Shown: positions 40,301 to 52,683, numbered from the whole stretch's first letter. The stretch: DNA of 63,516 bases, filler included, from Diploschistes diacapsis (GCA_023645945.1; 25 parts of 25 records of this genome joined end to end with filler, not necessarily neighbours in it); one strand, 5' to 3'. A program made the numbers and translations. The notes: generated by a model from the letters alone, not told the origin.

Positions 40301-40618
40301 TAATAAGTAAATTACGAAAACGTTCTTAGTCGATCTCTCTATTACGATCCAAGGTACTAGGCGGTAGTACTTGGCACGCAACAGCTAATCGGGCACTTCC
40401 CAGCCATTCCTTGTATATAGTCTAATTAGGGTGACAGGAGTCACGTGACGAGTAAAAGGTCTAAGAAATCATTCTACCTAATTATAAATAAAAAAAAAGA
40501 ACAATAGTTCTACTTATCNNNNNNNNNNNNNNNNNNNNNNNNNNNNNNNNNNNNNNNNNNNNTTAATTAATTAANNNNNNNNNNNNNNNNNNNNNNNNNN
40601 NNNNNNNNNNNNNNNNNN

Positions 40619-40840
40619 CATAATAATCGATTAAAGCACTTTAAATACGCGAGCGGTCGCTCGAATACTAATATATTATTAAATATTAAAATGTATAAAC
40701 AGTCGTTAATATCCGATTTTAAGAATATCGAATCGTTTCGATGCGAAGCGGCCATTGCCGAGAAAAACCGAAAGAATGGTGAATATCGCAATGTGAGGTG
40801 GCCCAAATGGGGGGGTGGCCCAACTCCCCGTGAAACACGT
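40619..40840 (-). mobile_element. Family A variant, 5' end with TIR and transposase start
   Basis: TIR ACGTGTTTCACGGGGAGTTGGGCCACC..CATTTGGGCCACC; ORF MAASHRNDSIFLKSDINDCL matches the transposase N-terminus at 54832. Confidence 0.8.
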
Positions 40841-41770
40841 TATTTATTACGCGGTAATAATACTTTAAATAAATATGATATAAAGCTTCCTTCTATCAAC
40901 AAATATATACGTTTATTTGAGTTTTAATATATAAATTTAATCCTTTAAAATAGTACGTATTAACATTATTTTTAGATTTAATAAAGCCGTATTCGTCTTT
41001 CGCGTCTAAATCTTTCTCGCCTTTTTTTATTGTAATTATTTTGCGCAGGTTTTAAAATTCTATCACCGTCTTTCCGCTATTTCTTCGCCGTCGGCGTTAA
41101 TTGTTATCGTTTTTAAAAGCGGCCCTTATTTTTATAACAATAAATTCAATAAAACTGTTGCCGTTTTTTTAGATTCCGTATTAATCTTTTCGTAGATATT
41201 GTTTTTTCGTTCCCGATTTCCGTTCTCGTTCCGCCGGCTATTGCTTTTATTTGTGATCTATTAACGGTCTCGTTTTGGCTCCGGTTCTTTCTTTTTTTAT
41301 TAAATTAATTTAATCTTGTTCGGAACTAAGCTCGCGTTACGTTTATTAAAACGGGGTATTACGTAGCGTTAAAATTTCCACACGACGTAAATCTCTTTTC
41401 TTCGTTTTGTTTTTATATTTTATAATATTTACTAACTTTCTTCTTTTTTAAAATGTTTAATCATTCGTCGATAACGAAAATAAACTCTGCGTTCATTTCG
41501 TTATCGTTTATTTATTCGTCGGCGGATTACTTCTATCGGTTTTTAATTAATATAATTATGGTTTACTTTGGGCTGAAATACAAGATAAAGCGATTGAAAT
41601 TAATTTATAATTTTATGTCGATATACTTTCAAAATTTTGTTTTTTTAAAAGTTTCGATATATTAATCTATNNNNNNNNNNNNNNNNNNNNNNNNNNNNNN
41701 NNNNNNNNNNNNNNTTAATTAATTAANNNNNNNNNNNNNNNNNNNNNNNNNNNNNNNNNNNNNNNNNNNN

Positions 41771-41822
41771 CGTATGAGGGGTATCCGTTCGCTATTAGTG
41801 TCCGCTCGCTATGCATATACGT
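41771..41822 (+). mobile_element. Fot1/pogo family F TIR
   Basis: ..CCGTTCGCTATTAGTGTCCGCTCGCTATGCATATACGT followed by TA; the same end occurs at 50463-50506. Confidence 0.75.
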
Positions 41823-42119
41823 TATCGATTATTTTATAAATTTAATAAAATTTCGAAATGTCGTTTGTAATAGATACCTGTGACAGTCTTCCGGGCGAGC
41901 GGAAGATCTCAGTCCTAGTACCGCGCCAAGGCCGCGGGCCCACATAAGAGGTGTTTTTAGAAAGAAAACTTCTACTTTCTTTTCTAAAGATTAGTTTATG
42001 AATACTATAATCATTATTATTATATTTTACATTTTATTTTTTATAGTTTTAATTTCTTTTTTTTAATAAAGTAATGATCCGGTAAAATGACGAAAGGAAA
42101 ACGAAAGACCGCGATTGTA

Positions 42120-42480
42120 GTAGCATTGCAGCTACTAGGCAGCTCGCTTGCCCTTGCTGGGCACGCTTGCATTTGCCCTCGCTGGCGTCGCTTGTGACGA
42201 CATGGTGGATGTCATTAGGCATCCACCCACTTATAGCTATAAGGGCTCGCTACCCTTAGTAGTTTTTGCAATCCATCTTCTACATCAACCAATAATTTGA
42301 CCCTATATACTGCAAGTAATAGCAACGATTGGACGATCAATCTCTAAAACAACCTAAACTCCAGCAATAAATCTTTATCTACACCAGCCTACATGTTAAA
42401 TCAGAATTTATAGGAATTTCCTTCTCACATTTATCTATAGTTACCAGAGCTCGCTCAATGTATTACTTTATTCTTCTTTG
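42120..42480. repeat. Unclassified dispersed repeat J; copies at ~55965-56150 and ~60830-61220
   Basis: Shared GCTTGC..GGCGTCGCT.GTGACGCCA..GGCATCCACC..GCTATAAGGGCTCGCT core in three contigs. Confidence 0.7.
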
Positions 42481-43652
42481 ATTTTCTCTAACTGGCCTAT
42501 AATTATCCTTTAGTTAGAGAAGTCCTTCGGTTTCTCGATCCTTTCTTTATTAATTTAAAACTAATTTAGAGCTATCTATTATCACCTGATATCTCGAAAG
42601 ATACTTTAATTAAGATTCCCTAGATCTATTTATATCTAAAAAAGACGAGTATCGAATATTTATTACTCATTAATCTAAAACGAGCCCTGATCGGAAAGCA
42701 GCTTTCTAGACCAGTTATCTCGATATGAAGTTTTAATATTAGAATCATTGATTAAAGAGTAGCGAGATAATTTCGTTTTAAAAACTTTATAATTATTATA
42801 TTATATATAAACTAGAAACTAGNNNNNNNNNNNNNNNNNNNNNNNNNNNNNNNNNNNNNNNNNNNNTTAATTAATTAANNNNNNNNNNNNNNNNNNNNNN
42901 NNNNNNNNNNNNNNNNNNNNNNAAAATTTAATATTTAAATAAAATATTTCTTCCCCGACTTTAATTCGTCGTCTTCGAATAAAAATCTAATATCTAAATA
43001 GATAAATTAATGAATTATAATGCAAATTAAAATTTAAACTCAATATCGATCCCTGAACTTTCACTATCTGAACTTTCTGCGTCATAGACGCGTTTATTCT
43101 TATCTTTTTATTTACTAGGGATATCTCGGGATTTCTTTTTTCGGTTTTTATCCTTTACTACGATGATTAACCTTCTAAGTTCTTTTGCGAGTCTACAACG
43201 TATCGCGCGATAATTGTTATCATTATAAAATAGATATCTTTTAGATAAACTTCTTAAGCTAGAACGGCGGCGTGGTTTCTCGTCGGATCGTCGAAAGGAT
43301 CCCTTTTAACGGAATAAATATATTACGATCATTTTTATTAGTTTTTTTTATTTACCGATTAATTTATTAAACCATTTATCGTAATCGATATTGACGAATA
43401 AAATATTATCGATTAAAATATCAATAGCGTCGATAATAACAACGTAATCAAGCGGTAATATTATATATAATATTTAAAAAGGAATTTTTAGGGCGTGATT
43501 CGATCGTCTATACGATATCTACTTTAAAAGTTTTATTAAATATGTTTATAAGTTATTTCTTGAATAGTCGTGTTATCCCCGAGTTTATAATTGGCGGATT
43601 CGAGATTCAATTAACGACGTTTAGATTCAGTAACCACCTAATATTTTATCTA

Positions 43653-43974
43653 ACGTGTTTCACGGGGATTCCGGCCACCCCCAGATTCCGGCCACCTTAA
43701 ATCACTATTTTCATCTTACATTCGATCTTTCTCAATAATAACTATCTCGTATGATAATAATTCGATTCTAATAAAATCTAATATCAACGACTATTTATAA
43801 GGTGTTTCACGGGGATTCTGGCCACCCCCAGATTACGGCCACCTTAAATTATTATTTTTATCTTATATTCGATATTTTTCAACAATAACTATCTCGTATA
43901 ATAATAATTCGATTTTAATAGAATTTGATATTAACGATTATTATAGGTTTTAAAATTATAATAATATATTAATA
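43653..43974 (+). mobile_element. Two head-to-tail family A 5' ends (TIRs at 43653 and 43800)
   Basis: A 147-bp unit (TIR plus transposase start) is repeated directly; each copy is preceded by TA. Confidence 0.85.
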
Positions 43975-44074
43975 NNNNNNNNNNNNNNNNNNNNNNNNNN
44001 NNNNNNNNNNNNNNNNNNTTAATTAATTAANNNNNNNNNNNNNNNNNNNNNNNNNNNNNNNNNNNNNNNNNNNN

Positions 44075-44691
44075 CGTAATTAATAATATTTAAAAATAAA
44101 CAGCCGACGTCAATAAGGATTATAAACGGTAACGAATCTTTAAAATAAAAAGCTATCGAATATCACGACGATCATCTTCCTATAGAATTTAAGAATATAT
44201 TTAGTTAAAAAACGACGCTGAAAAAGATTCGAAAATACGGAAACAATAATTACGAAAAAATGACGGGTATCATTTCGAATAAATATAATAAAAAAGGAAA
44301 GGATCGAGATATAGATTACCTAAAAAGAGTATAGCGCTTATAAGAGATATAAGTATCTAAAGAATGGGATAATAAGATAGATCAGCCTAGGTACCTTTTA
44401 AGCCACAGCAGGGTCACATAACGGCAGGGTCATATAACGTGTTTTATCGAGAATAGCCGCTGCCAGCCGTTTTAAGGGTGTGTTAGGGGGTCGGCGTGTA
44501 GGCGGGCAAGGACAGAAACCCTATAGGGCTTGCATCTATATTATTTATTTGTGTCATCCTCCTATTTAGATAGTTTCTTCTTTAGCTTTTCAAACCGAGA
44601 CCTTTACCCTGCAGATGCCAGTTACACGTAATTCTTCAGGACCAGGCTCAGCCTCCGGTAGTGTATCATCCTTTCCTGCGCTGGCGTTTCA
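44075..44691 (+). mobile_element. Gypsy 3' end: internal region, polypurine tract and 3' LTR of family L (LTR 44373-44691)
   Basis: PPT AAAGAATGGGATAA, then LTR TAAGATAG (RIP of TGAGACAG)...CTGGCGTTTCA. Collinear with 58131-58740 (-). Confidence 0.75.
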
Positions 44692-44696
44692 ATAAT

Positions 44697-44960
44697 ATTA
44701 CGACTTTTATCGAGAGACTCGATTGAAAATCGATTTAAACGACGGAATATGGAACGGGATTATGTTATAAAAGTATGGAAACGATTTGTTATCGATGGTA
44801 TATTATTCGAAAACGATAATCGTAATAGAACAAAATTATCTATTTTAGAATAATTTTTTTTATAATTATTGTACAAGTATTTAAAGAATAGAAAGCCGAA
44901 TTAAAAGCACTTTGACCGGAATTTATTTAAATAATTATTAATCACGATACGCTTATTTCT
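44697..44960 (+). mobile_element. RIP-degraded Gypsy RNase H fragment
   Basis: YDFYRETRLKIDLNDG..VYYSKTI..EQNY..VFKE*KAELK..IINHDTL corresponds to ETRLETDSSDG/AYYSK/AFEEWR/TDH. Confidence 0.8.
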
Positions 44961-45745
44961 TTCTTTTGATATAAGTATTATGTTATAGATAAACACGCTG
45001 GAATGAATTATTCTTGTTCTTGGATTGTAAAATCCATTATCGACTAAATATAGAAAATATGTTAGGCGATACAATAATTCGAAAAACCGAAGATCTAAAG
45101 ACCCGGAAATCGATTCAATATTAAACNNNNNNNNNNNNNNNNNNNNNNNNNNNNNNNNNNNNNNNNNNNNTTAATTAATTAANNNNNNNNNNNNNNNNNN
45201 NNNNNNNNNNNNNNNNNNNNNNNNNNAACAGATAGTTTTAAATTAATTTTTGTTAGATTTTATAATTGGTGTTTTTATATATTATTATAGCGCGGGTAAA
45301 GATAATAGATAGTATTATATTTAATTAGAAGTTTAATTTAGTTAAATTTTAGACGTTTTTGATTCGCACTCGGCGATCACGCGATCAGGATAAAAACCGA
45401 GCCAAAGAAATTGTATCTAATAATATAATAATCTATGTCGGTTTGATTCAAGGTTCTTTAAGGAATAGTTCGGTATGAATATTTAGTTGAATTTAAACGT
45501 ATAAAAAGTTTAGTGTCGTAATTCAGCTGAGCTTTTTTTAATAAATAGATATAACGGAGTTAATGGGTTATTATTTTAAAAAACTTCTATCTTTTAATTC
45601 CGATTTATGCTTAACTTTCAATTATAAAAAGATTTAGTTGAGTTTTAATATTCAACTTTTGTGACCGTTATAGAAGTTTAAAACAACGACGAACACGATA
45701 AAAGCGGCGGAAATCGAATGTTTATTCTCGAATTAAACCTTAGTA

Positions 45746-45975
45746 ACGTGTTTGACGGGGAAGTGGGCCACCCCCAGAAGTGGGCCACCTCAAATCACTA
45801 CTACTACCATTCTACGGGTTTAAATTATACTTTATTCGTCGCAATCAGAATCTAATCAATCTAAATCGAACCTATTTTTTTCTTCTTCATCCTTCTCGAT
45901 TTTAAAAACGCGACGACGTTTTTTACGCGTTATAGATCGTTTTGAAATTATTCGACTCGATTCAGCCTGAGCTAT
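45746..45975 (-). mobile_element. Family A 3' end, TIR variant GAAGTGGGCCACC x2
   Basis: TA|ACGTGTTTGACGGGGAAGTGGGCCACCCCCAGAAGTGGGCCACC, followed by the same 3' subterminal sequence as at 53565. Confidence 0.85.
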
Positions 45976-46379
45976 CTCAATTTAAAACAGTTCTCTTTAG
46001 GTTTTCGTATTTAATATAGACTTCTTATAGGAAAGTTTCTGTTAATTCGTTTAAACTTATTATTTTAAAATATATTAAATACCGTATCATTTTAATATAT
46101 TTATCCATTATTACTAATATTAAATTTATAACGGCTCCGTTGCTTTTACTTCATAAAACTTTTATAATAAATCTATTATAATTTCTTGTTAGGGTCCTTA
46201 AAGTATTAATAATAATATTAAATTATCATTTAATTTATATTTATATATCTTGATCCTTTAGTATATATCGTAATTACTNNNNNNNNNNNNNNNNNNNNNN
46301 NNNNNNNNNNNNNNNNNNNNNNTTAATTAATTAANNNNNNNNNNNNNNNNNNNNNNNNNNNNNNNNNNNNNNNNNNNNC

Positions 46380-46925
46380 ACCTCAACCGCCCAATCCTCC
46401 AAACGCAGCCGCAAGGACAACTTCAACTGGGCTCGTTGCAAGCGCTGGTTCGACGAGGAGTTCCCGTCGTGGTACGCATGCATCATGGACGTGAGCGACG
46501 AAATGAAGGACTTCGACTGGAAGCAGCACTGGGCCTACAAAGAGCACTGCGAGTCCTACTTCACCGAGAGCAACGCCATCATCGACCGGCTGGACGCGAT
46601 GATGGTGGATTTCTGGGAAGTGGAGACGGCGCGGCACGAGGGGCGGCCGGCGCAGCATCCGCAGTATCGGATCATGGCGGACGAGGAGTGGTACGAGAAG
46701 ACGACGATCCCGGCGCTGCTGGAGCAGGGAAGGAAGAGGGAAGAGATATTCGTGCCGTGGGAGGATCCGGAGTATGCCTATCTGTTTCCGCATCGTGAGG
46801 ACAGGGCCAAGGGACCGGGCGTGGCGGTGGGGCCGCCGGAGGGGTATACGAGGGCGAGAAAGCAGGGGGAGCCGAACCCGAGGTTCTTGGATGAGGAGGG
46901 GAAGATGCTTGGGTACTTTGACTAG
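46380..46925 (+). CDS. 3' part of a hypothetical protein (5' end cut by the contig start)
   Basis: Frame is open from the contig start to TAG at 46925, with strong GC3 bias and no RIP signature. No family recognised. Confidence 0.65.
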   Translation, partial: TSTAQSSKRSRKDNFNWARCKRWFDEEFPSWYACIMDVSDEMKDFDWKQHWAYKEHCESYFTESNAIIDRLDAMMVDFWEVETARHEGRPAQHPQYRIMADEEWYEKTTIPALLEQGRKREEIFVPWEDPEYAYLFPHREDRAKGPGVAVGPPEGYTRARKQGEPNPRFLDEEGKMLGYFD

Positions 46926-47232
46926 CGAAAGGAAGGATCGGTGTTGGTGGGCCGGCGCGCGTCTTGATACGATACCCCGAATGGATGTATTGCACCCAAT
47001 ACCAGAGTCTGGCGCGATTACTGTGCTGCTACGTGTTTATATGGTGATGCGCTGGCGTTATGGCGTCATGGACGACTGTCGACCGAGATTCCTTGCATGC
47101 ATACCTACATACTCGCGCTCTCTCTCCAGCTTTCTTGGCCATTGACACATTCACATATCCGCGAACCTAACCCGGCGTGCTTGGCGCGGCTCGGCCTTTT
47201 GACTTTAGGCGTATAGCTTCTAGGATGCGGGG

Positions 47233-47235
<3 letters not shown>

Positions 47236-47280
<45 letters not shown>
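47236..47280. repeat. (CT)n microsatellite, about 22 units
   Basis: Read directly from the sequence. Confidence 0.98.
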
Positions 47281-47285
<5 letters not shown>

Positions 47286-47858
47286 TATCACGGCTTCTGG
47301 GCGCTGCTTACTGCGACACGAGGGGCAGAATGCTGGATAGACCACCCGACCTGTCGCGATCGTGTTCGGCCCCCTATTTGGGGTATTGTAGACCAGGGAG
47401 GCATTGATACTGTGGGCGATGGGAGGGGGGNNNNNNNNNNNNNNNNNNNNNNNNNNNNNNNNNNNNNNNNNNNNTTAATTAATTAANNNNNNNNNNNNNN
47501 NNNNNNNNNNNNNNNNNNNNNNNNNNNNNNTCGAGATCGCGGAAAAAGAAATAACGACTTTAATTTTATTCGAAGCAAAGCGATAGTAAAACGAATAAAA
47601 TATTATAACGTTAAATTAATAATAAAAATAAAATATATCGTAAAAATTTGCGTATCACGGAAAAAGATACGGGTGAATTTATTTAATTTATAGTTTAATA
47701 GCGAAATTAAAAGCTTAATAATGGAAGAAAGATTTACATTTCGTTAACGAGTTAGTCCCGAATAGATCGCGGAAATCCGATATATAAAAAAAACAGTCGT
47801 TAAAGTAAAAAAAAGAGCGATCTTTTAAAAATACGTGGAAGAAGCGGCCGGAGATATA

Positions 47859-48062
47859 TGTAACAGCGGGGGGAAGTGCCTAATAGGTAGCGCTATCCCA
47901 CTGAGCCAAAAGACTAACCACAATGCTTTCAGGAACCCCGAAGCACTGTTTCCCTATTACACTATATGTAGGTGCGTGGCTGTTGTTACGATCCAAGTAC
48001 CAGACTTGGCACGTCCCAGCTTTGTATATAGGTCAGTCACGGGACCAGGGGTCACGTGATGC
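47859..48062 (+). mobile_element. Family G LTR (47859-47983) interrupted by a second LTR, family I (TGTTACGATCCAAG.., from 47984; related copy at 40340)
   Basis: Identity to 39758-39927 stops at 47983, where a new TG-started repeat shared with 40340-40450 begins. Confidence 0.7.
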
Positions 48063-49615
48063 GCTCATTGCTCGCGTTTATTCTCGTAAGCGGCGAGTAA
48101 GCTTTCGTTATCGTTCGATAATCGCGTTTATTCTTATAAACGATAAGTTTCGAGGATATCGTTTATTAGATTTATAATAAACGGCGAGCGAGTTGATTAT
48201 ATATAAACACGACTTTATTTTCGTAAAAAAAAACGTGTTTATTTTTATAAATATTTTTAACGATTATTCGGGATTAATTTATATTCGTTATTTTTATTAT
48301 TAAAAAGCTTTCTTTTTAAAAATAATTTAAAATCTATAATTATTTTATTTTCTTTTTTTATTATATTCTTCTTTTAATAGAGACCAAACTTATCTTAATC
48401 TTACTCGTGTATTTCTTATATAGATAAAGATTATAATACTTAAACATCCTTAAGAATAAATATTATTAACAATATAACCGAATGATCGTTATCGATAATT
48501 AGATCCGTATTATTTCGAATATTTAAAGTAATAACGCCATTAAAAGAAACCGATATTCCTATAACGGATATTACGGAAGCTANNNNNNNNNNNNNNNNNN
48601 NNNNNNNNNNNNNNNNNNNNNNNNNNTTAATTAATTAANNNNNNNNNNNNNNNNNNNNNNNNNNNNNNNNNNNNNNNNNNNNGATTAGATTCTAATATTT
48701 TATATTTAAGATATATTATGTATTCTTTTATTGAGACAAAACATTACATAAAATAAAACTTACGAAACGATGGCTAAAGAGATTACGATGTTTAAAATAT
48801 TATTATATTACTGACATATAATACCTTCATTAAAAAACTCGAGTTAAATTAAAAGATGTTTAATTAAATAAATATTTTAAATAATTCCGTCTGTAAAAAA
48901 ATGTTAAATAAATACATGGAAAGCATGGCTATAAAGTCGGCTTAATTCCATGAAATTTATTAAAAGAACCCGGGAAGTTTAGTTCAGCTGAACTTACCGA
49001 GATTCAGTTCCGTTCAGTTTCTTAGAATTTTCTAGAATCCTGACTAGACCGATCAGGTATAGTATAAATAAGAAGGCTTAACGGATCCTGTGGGGTATAA
49101 AAGTTTGTACAGTAGGATTAGTTCCTAGACAAGACCTCTAGACTTCAATAAATCCATTACGTTGCCAAACAGGAAGTGTTTTTTATTAATTTATACAAAC
49201 GAATCTAAAATCAAATACTTTTCATTTAAATATACTCTATATTACCGTAATAGGTCCCACGTTCTTATATAGTAGTATAATTTCTACCTTTGAATATATC
49301 TTTAGGGCCTTATAATCCAGATCTTGGGATTTTAGATCTCTTTAATTTAATATGTAATAGGTAGTGTAACTAATGCCCGCGTTCGTTAGCCTGCTAGCTA
49401 CCTGGACATTTATTTTAATAGTTAATACGCGTTGGTAGAATAAATGTTAACCCGGGTTTATAACCTATTTAACAAGGTAATAGATATATTCAAGTCTACA
49501 GATCTTATTTAAAAGACTATCCTACTTTATAGACTTTTATCCCCACGGAATCCGCTAAGCCTTACCGTTTATGTTATTACCGAATCGGTCTAGTCAGAAC
49601 TTTAGCAGATTCAGC

Positions 49616-49733
49616 TAGGCTGGCCGTTACTGACACTAACACGGCCGTGTCAGTAACACGGACACTGATAGTGTCAGTATCCGTGTTTTAGATTTTTTAA
49701 CTACGATATCCGTATCCGTGGATTTACGGAAAT
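49616..49733 (-). mobile_element. hAT-MITE family B end inserted in an LTR E-like sequence
   Basis: TAGGCTGGCC terminus plus ACACGG arrays, as in 51321-51886. Confidence 0.85.
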
Positions 49734-49833
49734 NNNNNNNNNNNNNNNNNNNNNNNNNNNNNNNNNNNNNNNNNNNNTTAATTAATTAANNNNNNNNNNN
49801 NNNNNNNNNNNNNNNNNNNNNNNNNNNNNNNNN

Positions 49834-50172
49834 TTTTTAATAATTTTAGAATTATTATGTTTATTTTTTACGTTTTTATTTTTTTATCGCGATATTTCGA
49901 TAAATTTACGATAATATTTCGGTAAATTTATTATAATATAATGTCCGTGGCAATATCGTATTTTAAAAATTATAACGATAATGTCCGTGAAAGTATCCGT
50001 GTTTTAAAAATTTTAATCGTAATATCCGTGTCCGTGCTTTTATTATAATGTAATATCCGTAAAAGTATCCGTGTTTTAAAATTTTAACAGTAGTGTCCGT
50101 GGCAGTGTCGTGTTTTAAAAATTTTCTCGGTAGTGTCCGTGGAAGTGTCCGTGGCACGAAATGGCCAGCCTA
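49834..50172 (-). mobile_element. hAT-MITE family B, partial, inserted in a family A end (50173-50205)
   Basis: GTCCGTG arrays ending in GGCCAGCCTA, followed by the residual family A TIR. Confidence 0.85.
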
Positions 50173-50207
50173 ATTTAAGGTGGCCGGAATCCCCGTGAAA
50201 CACGTTA

Positions 50208-50506
50208 TTACAATCTTTAAAAATCGAAATCTTTAAAAATCGAAATTCGTATAAAAAAAGCTGATATATCTAAAAATAAAAATCGTACGAAGGAGTTCAG
50301 ATTACGCGTACGACGTTATAATAAATATAATCAGTTCGGGTATAATGCGCGAACTTACGAAATAAAATCTATAACTTTTAAAAAAGATATTAATAATTAA
50401 TATAATAAATTATCGTGCGAATTAATTACGTAAATATAATTGCAACTCATACGAATCGAGAAGGGTGCCCGTTCGCTATAAGTGTCCGCTCGCTATGCAT
50501 ATACGT
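50208..50506 (+). mobile_element. Family F Fot1/pogo transposase 3' end with RIP-mutated zinc knuckle and TIR
   Basis: RRYNKYNQFGYNARTY at 50311 reverts to Cx2Cx4Hx4C (RRCSKCNQFGHNARTC), as found at Fot1-type C-termini. TIR ends ..CATATACGT|TA. Confidence 0.8.
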
Positions 50507-50552
50507 TAATAATAATTAAATAATTAAATAATTACGTTATTATGATTATATA

Positions 50553-50884
50553 ACGTGTTTGACGGTCATCTCGGCCACCCCCCATCTCGGCCACTTTTGC
50601 CAAGAAATATTTTAAATCTTTAATGACTCTTCGAATTTAATCGTTATTTTTGATTTTTGTTCGAAATATTACTATTAGCTCAATCATCTATCATATTGGA
50701 AAAGTGCACATTGATTATGTCAGCAGTTATTCTTTTAAAGCGAATTGAAAATAACCACTCGAAAACACGTATTATTTTATCTTTCAAAGTCGGTCATAAC
50801 GCAGCAAAAATATGTTTTTAAATATATTATTATAAGCGGTTTTATGCGTAGACTTCAATAAAAATTTTAAAAAACGGTTTTTCG
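50553..50884 (+). mobile_element. Non-coding element D arm with family A-type TIR; other pieces at 56468-56632, 61323-61651, 62470-62716
   Basis: The TIR is followed by ACTTTTGCCAAGAAA and a non-coding body shared among four contigs in both orientations. Confidence 0.75.
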
Positions 50885-51320
50885 NNNNNNNNNNNNNNNN
50901 NNNNNNNNNNNNNNNNNNNNNNNNNNNNTTAATTAATTAANNNNNNNNNNNNNNNNNNNNNNNNNNNNNNNNNNNNNNNNNNNNGGCGTCTCGTCGTCGT
51001 TCTCGTTTTCCGAATTTTTTAATTTAAACATTTTAAAAGCGGATAATATTATATTTAAGTTTTTTTAAATGAAGTAATACTTTAATTAACCTACGATAGA
51101 CTTATAATATCTTATCGTCGTTTTCGTTTTTCGAGTGTTTTAATTTAAGACGAAATTTTTAAAATTTCGTAATATCGCGATATTCTTACGGAAAATCTAC
51201 ATTATAATAACGGATACGTTTCGATATAAATAACGAATAATTTATTTAATTTAATAAATTTAGATTTTAAACTAAATAATAATTTACTAATTTAATAATC
51301 CGTTTTGGAATAATTTAACC

Positions 51321-51886
51321 TAGACTGGCCGTTTCGTGCCGCGGTCACTGATACGGACACTACAGTAAAATTTTTAAAACACGGACACTGACACGGACAT
51401 TACAGCTAAAAATTTAAAAAACGGATATTAACACGGACACGATATTTCCGTAAATTCACGGACACGGACATCGTAATTAAAAATTTTAAAACCCTGACAC
51501 TAACACGGATATTATATTATAGTGAATCCACCGAAACATTACGATGAATCTATCGAAACATCGCGGTGTAATTTATTTAAAAAAATAAAAGCGTGAAAAA
51601 TAGACGTAACAATTTTACAATTATTAAAATTAAAAAATATTTAAAAGTGTTTCGGTGAATGCACGGATACGGATATCGTACTAAAAAATTTCTCGGCACG
51701 AATATTAACACGGACACTGCATTATAGTAAAAACACGGACACGGACATTGTAATTAAAAATTTTAAAATATTGACATTGATACGGACACTGTACTTCCGT
51801 GAATCCCCGGACACGGACACCGCAGCTAAAAAATCTGAAACACTGACACTGACACGGCCGTGTCAGTGCCAGTGAGGGCCAGCCTA
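51321..51886 (+). mobile_element. Complete 566-bp non-autonomous hAT-type element (family B) with 8-bp TSD ATTTAACC
   Basis: Termini TAGACTGGCC/GGCCAGCCTA; ATTTAACC at 51313-51320 and 51887-51894; about 16 ACGG(A)-core internal repeats; no ORF. Confidence 0.92.
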
Positions 51887-52683
51887 ATTTAACCTCAGTA
51901 ACGATATATTAGTAGGATTTATTTTACCGGGGCGGTATATAATAATAAAATTAAAAATAATTAAACGTATTATCCACCTCGTTTGCTTATCGGTTAAAAG
52001 GTTTTTGATTATAAAACCATTTAAATTATTATAANNNNNNNNNNNNNNNNNNNNNNNNNNNNNNNNNNNNNNNNNNNNTTAATTAATTAANNNNNNNNNN
52101 NNNNNNNNNNNNNNNNNNNNNNNNNNNNNNNNNNATTCGATATATAACTATTTTCTATATCTTATATAATAAAAAAGAATTGAAATATTAAAAAAAATTA
52201 AACTAAAAATAATTAACGACGGACCCGTAAAGAATCCGAACCCTCTCCGGTTAAATCATACGTACAAACCGTTTAATTTAATATAATTTCGCGTCTTTTT
52301 TGCTTTACGATATCTCGATTAATTAAATAATAACACTCCGGCAAGGTATTATAGACGGCGTAGGAACGGATAAAAACCGAATCGTCAGTAAGGCGGTAAA
52401 CGCCGAAATCTAAGGTTTTAATACCCCAAAGGTTTTTTCCTTAAAGAAGACGCATAATTAATCCTACATACCCCCCGAGGGATAGATTAGAATAAGATTA
52501 AATAAATAAATATTATTAATTAAAATATATCTTTTATTATTTTAGCCGTGTTTAATATTTTTATTAATTAAACTCGTGCGGCTTATATACGATCGATTCT
52601 CGTTTCAATAAAGAGTATTTTTTCTTCGTTAATTTCAACCTCGAAACCAAATAGATCTTTAATTTATAATGACAATATATATA

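Noticed and set aside
51321..51886. ACACGG repeats or the recurring 44-bp TIR as a CRISPR-like array
   Set aside because: Eukaryotic context, no constant repeat-spacer period and no cas genes. TIR/TSD structure explains both.
52381..52412. Hammerhead-like stem GGCG-GTAAA-CGCC-GAAA
   Set aside because: No correctly placed CTGANGA core, even allowing for RIP changes, and no stems I/III.
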